Positions 42,589 through 52,773 of a stretch of DNA of 64,000 nt are shown in pieces. The translations under genes were made by a program, and so were the position numbers. Numbering within the stretch: the first letter of the stretch is position 1; every line of letters begins with the position of its first letter. This DNA comes from Candidatus Bathyarchaeota archaeon (GTDB lineage: Archaea > Thermoproteota > Bathyarchaeia > Bathyarchaeales > Bathycorpusculaceae): NCBI GenBank assembly GCA_963782525.1, contig CAWAKC010000003.1, positions 32,001 to 96,000 of the forward strand, given 5' to 3'. The notes beneath the pieces were generated by a model. The model ran no database searches, had not been told where the DNA came from, and was given only the letters and a program-made list of their open reading frames with translations.

Positions 42589-44040
42589 TTAAAATTCAAC
42601 TAACCTTCCTTCCAGAAGAGGTATTACTTTTGTTTGAAGTAGTAGCGCAACAGTTTTAATTAATTTGGCTAATTTTTCAGAGTCAGCAGCTTCAATGTAT
42701 TTAACATAATCCGCTGTTATTCCATAAGGCATATGTCTACTAGACGTTACTTCTTTTTTCAGGCGTGGCTGCGGATTCTTAAGCAAAACCTCGCGAACAC
42801 TACAGAGTTGCTTAGTATCCAAAGTATCCAGTTTAAGTTTAACGTAATGTTGGCTTCCCAGCAGCTGAACATCAAACCCCAGAGAAGATAATGTCTGTGA
42901 GATCTTAACAACAGATTTCACCTCTGTCTGTTGAATAATGCGGACCATACCTGCTTTCTCTGCAAAAGGCGAATACTTAGCCATAACCGCAATCAACTCA
43001 ACAAAATCCGTACCAACCAAAGGAAGTGACTCACGAATTAACTTCGCACCTAAACCAACAGTTCGGTATTTTGGATGAATAACTACACGGTTAATAGTGC
43101 TTAGTTGCTGGTTGATTTCTTGCATTGACATTCGAGGAAGAACCATACGTCTCCCAAAACACGCGGGCGGTGGATAAGTATATACTATAACTCCACATAG
43201 CTCCATCCCACGAGTTAGTCGGAAGATTTTCCGGACAACTGATGTTTTATGGCCGCGATAATGGAACCTGCAGAGTTTTTCCCAGTCTTGCCTGTTGCCC
43301 TCTTCAACTTTCATCTCTCGGATAAGGCTGCATTCATCCACGTGACTATTTGGGAAATATTCGATCTGAATTTCTTCCCCAAACCGCTTAACCACAAACA
43401 CAGAAGGCGAAAGATCCTCAATTAGGTCGCTGTGAGTTGTGGCGACAATTGCCGCTCTTCCTTGGGACCGTGTGATTTTCTGCAGGTTAAACGCAATTAT
43501 CTTTGCTGTGTCTCGGTCTAAGCAGGCTGCGAATTCATCCATAAGCCACCATTGCTTTTGGCTCTCGATGAGTTTGGCGATTCGGTAACGGTATTTCTGG
43601 CCATCACTGAGTTGACTGTAGGTGCGCAGGAAAAGAAAAGCATCATTCAACCCCACCTTACTTAGCAGCTCTATGCCTTGCTCAACAGTAGCGCCAACGG
43701 TTTCAATCAGTGGTTTTTCTGGGTCCACCTGGACCTCGCTTAGGTCGATTGCTTCTTCCCCCAAGTCTGCTCGAATGGCTCTTATCAAGACGCTTTTTCC
43801 GCTGCCACTATCGCCGGTGATGTAGACGATGTCTTTGGGTCCGATCTTTAGTTCAGCGTCTAAAACCTTGAATTTCCGGGTCTCATCGATGCCTAACCCG
43901 AAGGCTTCGGCGACAACTATGCTTCTAGGTGTTATCTTTGTGTTGGTTTCATAGCTGATGTTGAAGGTAAACTTGCCCGTGGTCTTATCGTATGTTCTTC
44001 TGCAGGCTCTTATTCTAAATCCTCGGCGTTTTCGTCTCAT
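42589..44040 (-). CDS. ABC-type ATPase fused to a GNAT (Mom-like) acyltransferase
   Basis: GDSGSGKS, LSDGQ, LMDEF, ATTH; then FHY, INRVVIHPKYRTVGLG, FAEKAGM. No TM partner. Possible frameshift in the last ~10 codons. Confidence 0.8.
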   Translation of the reverse strand: MRRKRRGFRIRACRRTYDKTTGKFTFNISYETNTKITPRSIVVAEAFGLGIDETRKFKVLDAELKIGPKDIVYITGDSGSGKSVLIRAIRADLGEEAIDLSEVQVDPEKPLIETVGATVEQGIELLSKVGLNDAFLFLRTYSQLSDGQKYRYRIAKLIESQKQWWLMDEFAACLDRDTAKIIAFNLQKITRSQGRAAIVATTHSDLIEDLSPSVFVVKRFGEEIQIEYFPNSHVDECSLIREMKVEEGNRQDWEKLCRFHYRGHKTSVVRKIFRLTRGMELCGVIVYTYPPPACFGRRMVLPRMSMQEINQQLSTINRVVIHPKYRTVGLGAKLIRESLPLVGTDFVELIAVMAKYSPFAEKAGMVRIIQQTEVKSVVKISQTLSSLGFDVQLLGSQHYVKLKLDTLDTKQLCSVREVLLKNPQPRLKKEVTSSRHMPYGITADYVKYIEAADSEKLAKLIKTVALLLQTKVIPLLEGRLVEF

Positions 44041-44985
44041 CTTGGCACCATCGTTACAAATTGTTCAGGAACAAGCTCGCAGGTTGCAAAGGCTGCTAGA
44101 GCAGTAGCCCAAAAGACGTCGTCGTGAGTGCCTTGGGGGTGGCTAAAAGCTAAGCCGCCATCCTTTCGCAGTGCGAAGCGTTCAACGTTAAATTCATTGC
44201 AGATGTCTATGCGGTAGGGTTTATCCCAACTTAGTAGTGGATAGAAGAAGCGTTTGTCTTACATTCTTTTTTTGAGAATACTTGCCATCTCGCTTTTTTT
44301 TGGTGAACTAAAGATTACCCCTTCAGCGTTATCGATTCCGGCGTTTTCCATATCTGCAATGAAGCTTGGACCTTCCCTGGTTATGTCCACTCGAATCTTG
44401 TTGAAGCCGCCCCAGCGATCCTGCAAGGCTTTGATGTAACCCAGAACGTAGGCGTCATAGGTTGGGTGCGGGAAAATCTTTAGATGCCTAAGCAACAGCT
44501 TTTGATCGACTCTCCCACCACACTTAGGACATAGAAATCCCGTGTTTGCGCAGGATCCAACCCAGCATAGAATTCACCTTCAAACTCCTCTTCAGGGTCA
44601 AACTCCGCTAAATCCTCGCCGCAGTTCTTGGTTGTCCCAATACATGAGGAGATTAGGCTTTGGGATAGCCAGACGTCTTCATCCTCAGCCCACTCTGCCT
44701 CCATTTCACGTCTCCATCTGGAGGGATCGTCACGCATTTGTTTTTTGATCTTCTCAAGAATAATCGTTTTCAGTGGACCGTTGGGTTCTTGGGCACGTTC
44801 CCAGGTTATGTGGTGGCGTGCAAAGTCATCGAAGTCCTTGTTGTTGCAAATCCGATAGAACAAGCTATCCGTGTTCCAGGGTGTGCTTGTGCAGATAAAC
44901 TTCCCGTTAGTGGTGCCTAAGGTGAAGAGTGCAGCGTCGTAGAGATCCTCGGCGTTTGGGATGAAGTTGAATTTCGTCAGCGTAG
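44037..44985 (-). pseudogene. Terminase large subunit remnant
   Basis: Walker B (YADE), coupling motif STPW, WRREMEAEW, nuclease AGLD.A, VDITREG, HDDVFWATALA. Several frameshifts; Walker A region missing; stop overlaps the ABC-GNAT start. Confidence 0.8.
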
Positions 44986-45086
44986 ACACAGTACAAATGA
45001 TTATTAGAAACTGAAAGAAAGTGTGGCACATATTATAAGAACACATTAATTGGGCGAAATATCACAGTTATTTGAGGTAAAATGAA

Positions 45087-45290
45087 ATGCCGATAGTTCA
45101 AGTTTCTGTTTGGGAAGGAATGACTCCTGAGAATAAGAAAAAAACAGTTGAAGGGATAACTAAAGTTTTTGAAGAAATGGGGGTTCCTAAGGACGCAGTT
45201 CATATTGTCATCTATGAAGCGCCAAAAAATAATTGGGCAACGGGTGGACAACTGCATTCAGAAAGACACGCCCAAACACCCTCGCTGTAA
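45087..45290 (+). CDS. 4-oxalocrotonate tautomerase family protein
   Basis: N-terminal MP, 67 aa, NWATGG. Confidence 0.9.
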   Translation: MPIVQVSVWEGMTPENKKKTVEGITKVFEEMGVPKDAVHIVIYEAPKNNWATGGQLHSERHAQTPSL

Positions 45291-45400
45291 TCCGCATAAT
45301 TAGCGCGCGGCCAAATTCAAAAAGTATAACTAAACTTCAGGAAACCTTCAATAGTTCTTAGATGCCTTCATCATCGAAAAAGAGGTCCTTGGAATCTTTT

Positions 45401-46972
45401 TTATTTGCCAGAATTCTCAGGATCCTTAGAGACTTCAGCTTGCTCACTGTTGATTCCTCGCCATCTAATTCTGTAGCCCAGCATCTTCAACACATTGGCT
45501 GAGTCATCGATGCCTTCTTCCTCGATGATTTTTGCTGCTTCCTTAAGGGGCATTTTCCCCGATTGACTAATGGCTACTCTGATTCTATCGCCGATTTGCA
45601 GAAGCTTTTCATTGCTAACCAAAATATCCGCCAAAGCAACATAGCCGAAAGGCGGACTAACAGCTAAGAAGGCTCTTGCCGCTTCGGCAGAAACGCCAAT
45701 CCTAGCCGCGAATTCCCTAAAAGCAACCACTGGTTCAGTAAATCTAATAGACAAACCCTCCAGAAGCTTAATCTCCTTAGATTTGACATCTTCAAACTTC
45801 GTTTCCAGATACCGCAGAATCGGAGCCAAAGAAATTTTGTCGCGGTAATAAATCAAGTCAAGCTGCGGACGTTTTTCCAAGGCAGAGAGTTTTTCACATG
45901 CCAAAGCTTCATTGACCAAAAGCAGCATCTTCACTTCCACCTGCTTTAACTTCTCTATCTTTCGCAGCAAGTACTCTTCTGTCCAGAACCCAACAATCTC
46001 CAAGTAAATTTTGATGCTGGCTTTTTCAAGAGAGAAATCAGGAATGATCACTTGTTTTCCGGCAGTTACAGGTTCAGGTTCTCTTTTTAGCACCCAGCCA
46101 GTGGTTAAGGCTTGAAACTTTGAGGCAAAATCCTCTTCGATAGAGCTATCATAAGACAGAGTCGGCAAATATGGTTTCGTTAGCAGAGGTGCGTGTTTTT
46201 GGTTTTCAAGTTTGAAGTCGCAGATTTCGTTTGTAAACCTCCAAAGAACCTTCGCCCTAACAGTCCATTCAGGGTTAGCTATGATGATGGGCAGCAGCTT
46301 GGCTATGCCCACGCCATACCTTCGAGTCAACTTAAACAGGCTACCTGGACCATCTATTTTCACCCACAACCCATTATCTTGGTAAACTTCATAGATCAAC
46401 CCAAACTTCTTTATTGCATGGAAGAGGTCTTGCCAATTGCCAGACGCCGTGAAACTAAGCTCTGTGGCATCAAAAAGCAACGTTTGAGTTAAACCCAAAT
46501 TATACTCACCCAACAAGTCCGATGCTGAAGGCGCAAAAAACTTTTCAAGAATTAACTCGCCATCCAAATCCGAGTAAAAATCCTCCTCAACAGCCTCTAC
46601 CTCAAGAGCCATCTTAGAAGCTACGATCTCCAGGATTTTTCGTCGGTTCTCAGAAGTGGTAGGCAAGCCAAATTGTTCGGTGGCTTGAAATATCTTTCTT
46701 CTCAAATCAACCGGGTCAACTTTGCATTGGCAAACAAAGGTGCTTTTTCGGTCAAGCAACAAAGATAAAGCCCTGACAAAGCGGTACTCGTAGCCTTTGT
46801 CTTCCAGCTCAGCGACCAAAGATTTTAGAACTTTCTTCTTTTCTCCAATATGTGACTTGTATGCTTCAATGAGAATATTCGTAGCTTCCTCGTTGCTGCT
46901 GGAAGATTTGGCGTAGCGTGGCTGAATCTCGCCTTTCCTCTTCCACACTGAAAGCAAGTTGCTTGGAAGCAC
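45401..46972 (-). CDS. DUF790/Bax1-like endonuclease
   Basis: MLPSNLL, YNLGLTQTLLF, DGPGSLF..TRRYG, YDSSIE, REPEP, IPDF, LEIVGFWTEEYL. Confidence 0.85.
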   Translation of the reverse strand: MLPSNLLSVWKRKGEIQPRYAKSSSSNEEATNILIEAYKSHIGEKKKVLKSLVAELEDKGYEYRFVRALSLLLDRKSTFVCQCKVDPVDLRRKIFQATEQFGLPTTSENRRKILEIVASKMALEVEAVEEDFYSDLDGELILEKFFAPSASDLLGEYNLGLTQTLLFDATELSFTASGNWQDLFHAIKKFGLIYEVYQDNGLWVKIDGPGSLFKLTRRYGVGIAKLLPIIIANPEWTVRAKVLWRFTNEICDFKLENQKHAPLLTKPYLPTLSYDSSIEEDFASKFQALTTGWVLKREPEPVTAGKQVIIPDFSLEKASIKIYLEIVGFWTEEYLLRKIEKLKQVEVKMLLLVNEALACEKLSALEKRPQLDLIYYRDKISLAPILRYLETKFEDVKSKEIKLLEGLSIRFTEPVVAFREFAARIGVSAEAARAFLAVSPPFGYVALADILVSNEKLLQIGDRIRVAISQSGKMPLKEAAKIIEEEGIDDSANVLKMLGYRIRWRGINSEQAEVSKDPENSGK

Positions 46973-48319
46973 TTATGCTGCGCCTCGTATTTTTTGGTGG
47001 CGCCTACGACTTGTATCCACTTCCATGGTTTCTTTGGAAATTATCTCAATTAGTCGAGCTAATTTGCCTTCTTTTTTCCTGAGCAAGCGTCCGAGTCTTT
47101 GGACATATTCTCTGTTGCTGCCTGTTCCACCCAAAACTAAACCTACTGAAGCATCGGGCACATCCACCCCCTCGTCGAGAACCTGAGACGTAACAACCAC
47201 AGGGTATTTGCCGCTCCCAAAGTTTGATAGTATTTCTCGGCGTTCCTCTCTTGAAGTTTGATACGTTATTGCAGGAATTAGGAAACGCAGACTAATTCTG
47301 TAGACCAGGTCGTTGTAGAGAGTGAAAATCAGGATTTTCTCATTTTTGTAAGTGTCAAGTTGTTGGGATAGCACTTTTAGTTTTGCTTCTGAGTTGACTG
47401 CAGCTCTTATGGCTTTGTTTCTTGCGAGTAGTGCTTCACGTGCTTTTGGGTCTCTTCCTGTAGTCATTATGAACTTTTGGAAGTCAGCGGCCCTTCTTAA
47501 AGTAATTTTTCGCTGCTGAAGAAAGCTTCTAAAAATGTTCATTTGAGATTTGTATATTTGCTGTTCTTGGGGTGTTAATTCAACTGATATTTTCTCGTAT
47601 GTGTATGGCGAAAGATGCCCAGCAATTTCTTCGACGCCAACGGAATAGACTGGGTCGCCGACGAGTTGTGAAAGCAAAGAGTGTCTTTGATCGCTTCTTT
47701 CGTAAGTTGCTGTTAAGCCCATGCGGTATGGTGCAGTGTACATTTCAGCTATCTGTATGTAGCCTGTGGAGGCTAGATGATGAACTTCGTCAAAGATTAT
47801 TAGCATGAACTTGTTGCCTAGCTGTTCTGCGTGTATGTAGGCTGAATCATAAGTTGTAACAGTTACCATGCGCAGAGTGTTTTCACCTCCGCCTACGACA
47901 CCCGCTTCCAAGTTGAGGCATTCTTTGATGCGTTTTTTCCATTGATCAATTAGGTCCAAAGTGGGAACCACAATCAACGTCTGAACCTTCAACTGTTGAA
48001 TTGCTTTTAGGGCGATGAAAGTTTTTCCAGCTGCAGTAGGCAATACTAGAACTCCCCTGTTGCGTGCTTTGCACCAATTGTTCAAAGCCTCGTTCTGGTA
48101 ATCTCTTAGCTCAACATTACTTTTTTGTTGTTCAAGTGGCGGCAACATCGGAACATCATCTTGAACTTGAAGTTTGCTTTCAGCCAAGTATTCTAAAACG
48201 TCTCGGTAATGGTATGCCTTGATTCTGTAGCAGCCCACTCTTGGGTCCCATTTTCCGTATGGAGATCCCGCTTCGCCCTTCAAGAGAAGGGTGCCTTTGT
48301 CAAACCACAAACGAAGCAT
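46973..48319 (-). CDS. xpb: XPB/Rad25-like SF2 helicase
   Basis: LRDYQ, PTAAGKT, DEVH, GLTAT, DEGVDVP, QRLGRLLR. Adjacent to the Bax1-like gene. Confidence 0.85.
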   Translation of the reverse strand: MLRLWFDKGTLLLKGEAGSPYGKWDPRVGCYRIKAYHYRDVLEYLAESKLQVQDDVPMLPPLEQQKSNVELRDYQNEALNNWCKARNRGVLVLPTAAGKTFIALKAIQQLKVQTLIVVPTLDLIDQWKKRIKECLNLEAGVVGGGENTLRMVTVTTYDSAYIHAEQLGNKFMLIIFDEVHHLASTGYIQIAEMYTAPYRMGLTATYERSDQRHSLLSQLVGDPVYSVGVEEIAGHLSPYTYEKISVELTPQEQQIYKSQMNIFRSFLQQRKITLRRAADFQKFIMTTGRDPKAREALLARNKAIRAAVNSEAKLKVLSQQLDTYKNEKILIFTLYNDLVYRISLRFLIPAITYQTSREERREILSNFGSGKYPVVVTSQVLDEGVDVPDASVGLVLGGTGSNREYVQRLGRLLRKKEGKLARLIEIISKETMEVDTSRRRHQKIRGAA

Positions 48320-48469
48320 AACACTGATTCAATTCCAAACCAATTAAACTTGTCTTAAAAAGAGTCAGCACAAAAACACTTTTCGTATAAGACTATCCTT
48401 TCTTTCTTACTGCTCGCAAAACTAAATAAAATGATTCGAGCACATAAAAACTAAAGTTTGTACGTGATC

Positions 48470-48988
48470 TTATTTGTTAAAGAATTTGGTGAGCACAAGG
48501 TCTAGGTGTTTTAGGTAGTCTTCTTCTGGTTCTCGGTAGGTTTGAACAACCAATAAAGATCTGTCCAAGATTTCAGCTTTTGAAACTTTCGCTTTTTTGA
48601 TGCAGGCTTCTATATCTTGCAGGTCTCTATCGTTTAATCTGCCGATTTTGGTCACTATAATATCGAGTGGCTGAAGGGCTCTGAGCGATATGTGGCTGAA
48701 CTCTTTGATTTTGATGCTTTTTTCCAAGTAATCCTTCGGTAGCGTCTGACAAAAAACGCATCCGTCGGTCCATCGATCAACTCTATAGCCGGGTGGGTTG
48801 TTTTTTAGTGCTTGTTCAAATTCTACCCTCTCGCTGCCTGGAATTGTAAAGTCAATATCGATGGTTGAGGTTTTTAGGTCAAGAAGAGTCATTGCTGTGC
48901 CGCCTGCAGCAACGAGCGTGATTTTTTTAGTTAGGTCCACGTCCAGAACGCTGAGAAAGTCTAAGAGTGCAGTTTTGTCACAGGGCAT
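48470..48988 (-). CDS. DUF6036/AbiEii-like nucleotidyltransferase
   Basis: AGGTAM...STIDIDF, DIIVTKIGR...RDLQDI. Confidence 0.75.
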   Translation of the reverse strand: MPCDKTALLDFLSVLDVDLTKKITLVAAGGTAMTLLDLKTSTIDIDFTIPGSERVEFEQALKNNPPGYRVDRWTDGCVFCQTLPKDYLEKSIKIKEFSHISLRALQPLDIIVTKIGRLNDRDLQDIEACIKKAKVSKAEILDRSLLVVQTYREPEEDYLKHLDLVLTKFFNK

Positions 48989-50030
48989 TGTAGAGTTCCA
49001 GCTTTTGTTTTATGCTTACTTCATCTGCAGGAAGCTCTTGTAAATTTGCCGCTTTTAAAATTTTCATCGCAGCATTAACTTCTGGCTTCGGATTTGTTTG
49101 CCATAGGATTTTCAGTATTCCTGATAATCTTGGAGCTGTCTGGTACTTCTGGCTTAGGAATGCGAGCAGGTTACTGTTGAATCTGTTTTTAGCAAGGATA
49201 ACTGCTACTGCGTTAATTCCTCGTGCCTCTTCCCTGAGAAGCAACATGGTCGTTATGTATTCAACACAGAATTTTTTACCCTGAGTGAAGCTGGCGCCAA
49301 ATTCGCTGTATCCGAACCTGTTGAGGTTAAAAGTTAAGTCAGAATCGGAGATGTTTAGAGGTTTTGTCTCTGCGTCGATGGTTCGAATTTGGCTCTTTTT
49401 GGCGATCTCTTTAATTTGGCTCCAGAAGGCTTGGGGGTTGTAGAGGGTAATTTGTTGGCTTAAAGCTTCTCTCACTGGATTAACCTCATCGGAGGTTAAA
49501 AGATCGACGAAATCGAGCTTATCAAGTGTGAGGCTGCTGATTTTTAAGTTATATTTTCTCTCGAGGTTTAACATCTTTTCAGATAATTCAATTGTCTCTT
49601 TGAGGTAATCAGGTGTTTCCTTGAGCAGAAAAAGCAGTTCAACTCGGTTAAGCTTAACATTTTTTAACGGATTAATCGCAGTAACAGATTTTATCGAGCA
49701 TTTGTCAGTTATGATTTCGTCCATATCCGCCAAAAGCGAGAGCAAGTTTTTTTTCTTGGACAGAAAATCTATTTTTTTCTCAATTTCCATTTCTGCCAAG
49801 TTGTCAATCAGAAGGTAATTGTTAAAGTTCAGTTTAACGCTCGATGACCTTCCTATAGGCTCCAGATCGAGTAAGCCTTCGTTTTTCAGTTCTTGCAATT
49901 TCTGGTAGATATTTGCATAATAAGCTGATCCATACGTATCTTTGATTCGTTTGGTGAGTTGGTTTATTGACAAAGAATCGCCTATGCTTGAGGAGATTGT
50001 GTTTAGTATTCGGATTGTGGCTTTATCCAT
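48978..50030 (-). CDS. Winged-helix protein overlapping the nucleotidyltransferase gene, putative antitoxin/regulator
   Basis: N-terminal wHTH (SINQLTKRI..YANIYQKLQELKNEGLL..IGRS). Stop overlaps the downstream gene. Confidence 0.6.
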   Translation of the reverse strand: MDKATIRILNTISSSIGDSLSINQLTKRIKDTYGSAYYANIYQKLQELKNEGLLDLEPIGRSSSVKLNFNNYLLIDNLAEMEIEKKIDFLSKKKNLLSLLADMDEIITDKCSIKSVTAINPLKNVKLNRVELLFLLKETPDYLKETIELSEKMLNLERKYNLKISSLTLDKLDFVDLLTSDEVNPVREALSQQITLYNPQAFWSQIKEIAKKSQIRTIDAETKPLNISDSDLTFNLNRFGYSEFGASFTQGKKFCVEYITTMLLLREEARGINAVAVILAKNRFNSNLLAFLSQKYQTAPRLSGILKILWQTNPKPEVNAAMKILKAANLQELPADEVSIKQKLELYNAL

Positions 50031-50054
50031 TTCCTGAATCTTTGCCTTTTCTTA

Positions 50055-50096
50055 GTTATATGATTTAACTATAACATTATAGTGAATTACTATAAT
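50055..50096. promoter_or_regulatory. Two adjacent 21-bp palindromic operators
   Basis: GTTATATGATTTAACTATAAC and ATTATAGTGAATTACTATAAT (RTTATA-N9-TATAAY), 25-66 bp upstream of the 50030 start. Confidence 0.65.
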
Positions 50097-50634
50097 AAAT
50101 ACTTGATGCAACCACGAAAGAGGCATTCTCAATGTAAACAACAAGAAGCACGCAGCAAAGCGATATGTAAGGCAGGGATGATTAACTCAATTCACGTTAA
50201 CAATACATAAGTGAAATAGCATAATTAACGTGCCGAGAAATAGTTCCGTGCTTAATTTCCTTAAAAGAAGTAACTGATACAATAAGGGGTAGTTTGATTG
50301 TTTTCTTGAATCAGCGGTGTCCATAATATTTGTTGTAGGATGTTATCTCGGGAGATTCTGTTTTTTCTAGCAAATCAGTAATATATTTACTTGCGGATTC
50401 TGAAGTGTCGATGTGTTGCCTCAAAGTTTTAAACAAAGAGGTAATGTATTATTTTATGCGAGTAAGGCCTATCCGAGGCAATGATGCCCGCAGTTGTGGG
50501 CTGGGAGTACTAGGATAGGGGTCGCAACTTTATTTTCGCCACAAATACCTGGATGTAAATGTTCCAAAAAAGATGAAAGAAAACTTCATAAGCAATAAAT
50601 TTTAATTAGAATTAGTAAATTGTGAGGAAAAAAC

Positions 50635-50843
50635 ATGCCCGAGCAGAAAGACGAATTTGCGTGTTTATTATCTATGCCTGACTTGGGAAAGTTTGTTGGA
50701 AAATGGATTGTTATAGTAAAATAACACCCGTTGTCCGTTCTGGAAATGTTGGCAAAGAAGTGTTTGCTAAAGCAAAACAAAAATACCCTCACAGCAAACT
50801 GTTGCTTCTAAAAGTACCATCCGATAATGTCATGCTTCTCTAG
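50635..50843 (+). pseudogene. DUF5678-like small protein pseudogene
   Basis: MPEQKDEF..GKFVGKWIVIVK*, then in another frame KEVFAKAKQKYP..LLKVP. Confidence 0.5.
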
Positions 50844-50860
50844 AAAGGTGCACCTCTTAA

Positions 50861-51016
50861 TTGCCCGCTAAAGAAACCATTCATCCACCAGTAAAATGCA
50901 GATACTTGGATTATCGACTACCAAATTCCCGTGTTATTTTTCTTCCAGTCATCCATGTTGAATTAACTTCAGAAACCCAAGAATTTACCGCTATTGGTTT
51001 ACTGGATTCGGGCGCT
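50861..51016 (+). pseudogene. Retropepsin-like aspartyl protease truncated just after DSGA
   Basis: LPVIHVEL...IGLLDSGA, after which the frame runs into the 3' end of the opposite-strand gene. Confidence 0.6.
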
Positions 51017-51034
51017 AAAAAAAGGATAAAAATA

Positions 51035-51625
51035 CTATTTCCTTTTGCCTTTTTCTTTAGCTACTTTTCTTAATTGCTTTTTTACAGCAGTATGCATTTT
51101 GGCTTCAGAAACCTCTTTTCCGCTCTGTTTAGACAGAGCTTCAGCTAAAGCGTTTCTAATTGCCGTTGTCATGGCCGCGCTAATAGCTTCGGTGGCAACT
51201 CTCTCGACAATACGACCGCCTGGGGTCGGACAATCATTACCACATGAGCTACAGATTTCGACTGGGCAATCATTACCACATGAGCTACAGATTTCGACTG
51301 GGCAATCATTACCACATGAGCTACAGATTTCGACTGGACAATCTTCAGCTATAACTCGCTCGCCAAATGCAGAATTCAACCATTTTTTGTATTCGGGCAT
51401 CGTTTTTTCAACGACGTCATGTATTGTTGATTGCAGTTTTGCATAGATTTCGGGGTTCAATTTTTCAATAGCCGGACTCTTTGCCAAGAGTACACGTAGA
51501 CGTTCATTTTGAACTTTAGTGAGTTTTTTGGTTGGAACATAGGCAGTTATTTTTTTCTTAGGAGCTGTTTTAGTTGGGTTTTTCAAGGGGTCTTTAGTCG
51601 ATGATTTATTTGTTGGCAAAAACAA
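51035..51625 (-). CDS. Hypothetical protein with an internal triple Cys-rich repeat
   Basis: (DCPVEICSSCGN)x3 + DCP between helical, Lys-rich flanks. Confidence 0.65.
   Translation of the reverse strand: MFLPTNKSSTKDPLKNPTKTAPKKKITAYVPTKKLTKVQNERLRVLLAKSPAIEKLNPEIYAKLQSTIHDVVEKTMPEYKKWLNSAFGERVIAEDCPVEICSSCGNDCPVEICSSCGNDCPVEICSSCGNDCPTPGGRIVERVATEAISAAMTTAIRNALAEALSKQSGKEVSEAKMHTAVKKQLRKVAKEKGKRK
51231..51343. repeat. 36-bp tandem repeat, three copies
   Basis: caatcattaccacatgagctacagatttcgactggg at 51231, 51267 and 51303. Confidence 0.95.
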
Positions 51626-52150
51626 TCACTACGTTGTTTCTATGAAGTATCAATTATTTATATTTACTGTAAAGTTAATTTGAGGTTGGACTGAGCTTTC
51701 ATCGTTTTCGTGTCCACAAAATTGACAAGGCCACAAAACAATATCGCTCCTACATTAGCTCGTCAAACATGCTGTCAGATTCTTCTGTTAACTGGTCTTC
51801 CCAGCATTCCCAACACATATCCTCAAAGTCTTCTCTATCTTGCTTGCCGATTGCTTTTCCACAAACCTTGCATTTTCTCACATTTTTTTCTTCAGTCACT
51901 CAAGTTTCTCTCCAATTACATTCTAATATCGCAGACGCAGCATCGCTTTGTTTTTTTTAATATGCGAGGGCTAAGCTAAGGGATTTTTAGTTTTGAGAAA
52001 AAATTGGGTTAGATGGAATATGGCCTTAAAGGTGACTAACTACGTGACAAGCTCCAAGTGTTTCTCCTATTTCTTATTTTTTTGTTGGTAAGGTTTTTAT
52101 GTGTATTTACGCTTATTAATTACAGTAAATATGTGCAGAATGTGATGTGC

Positions 52151-52372
52151 ATGAGTAACGTAACCGTACGTGTTCCTGAAGAGTTAAAAGGGCGCATGAA
52201 ACGCTGCAAAAACGTCAACTGGAGCGAAGTTGCAAGAATGGCTTTTGAAGATGCCGCAAGAAAAGAAGAGATACAGTGCGCTACAGAGGCAATTAAGAAA
52301 CTTCGATTGGAAAGCAAAGCTGAATGGAATGGCGCTAAGGAGATACGCAGATGGCGAGATGCCGAGAAATAG
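52151..52372 (+). CDS. vapB: VapB-like RHH antitoxin
   Basis: MSNVTVRVPEELK..M...NWSEVAR; overlaps the PIN gene. Confidence 0.8.
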   Translation: MSNVTVRVPEELKGRMKRCKNVNWSEVARMAFEDAARKEEIQCATEAIKKLRLESKAEWNGAKEIRRWRDAEK

Positions 52373-52773
52373 TTCTTGATTCATCAGTAGTTGTCAAATG
52401 GTTTAGTACAGAAACAAAATCAGTCGAAGCACTAAAACTCTTAGATTCCCACATACAAGGAACAGTAGAATTAACAATCTCGGAAATTCTAATTTGCGAG
52501 ATAGGAAATGCCTTAAGATATAAACCAGATTACGACATCCAGAAATGGAAAACCGCCCTCACTCAACTATACAACCTTCACATGAACCTAACTCACCTAA
52601 CTGAAGATCTCGCATCTAGGACAGGTAAGATAGCTTACGAAGGGAAAGTAACATTTTACGATGCCTTGCCTGTTGCCATTGCTGAAAACAGAAAAACCGT
52701 ATGCATAACAGCAGATGAAGAAACACAGTATAAAAAACTTAAACCAAAAGATTTTCCTATCGAACTCTTATAA
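52351..52773 (+). CDS. vapC: VapC PIN-domain toxin
   Basis: IVLDSSVVVKW, EIGNAL, TFYDA, ITAD. Confidence 0.88.
   Translation: MARCREIVLDSSVVVKWFSTETKSVEALKLLDSHIQGTVELTISEILICEIGNALRYKPDYDIQKWKTALTQLYNLHMNLTHLTEDLASRTGKIAYEGKVTFYDALPVAIAENRKTVCITADEETQYKKLKPKDFPIELL

Noticed and set aside
42589-44040. ABC transporter subunit
   Set aside because: No permease nearby; it is fused to a GNAT domain and coupled to a terminase.
51231-51343. 36-bp repeats as a CRISPR array
   Set aside because: The units are contiguous with no spacers, are in frame within an ORF, and no cas genes are present.
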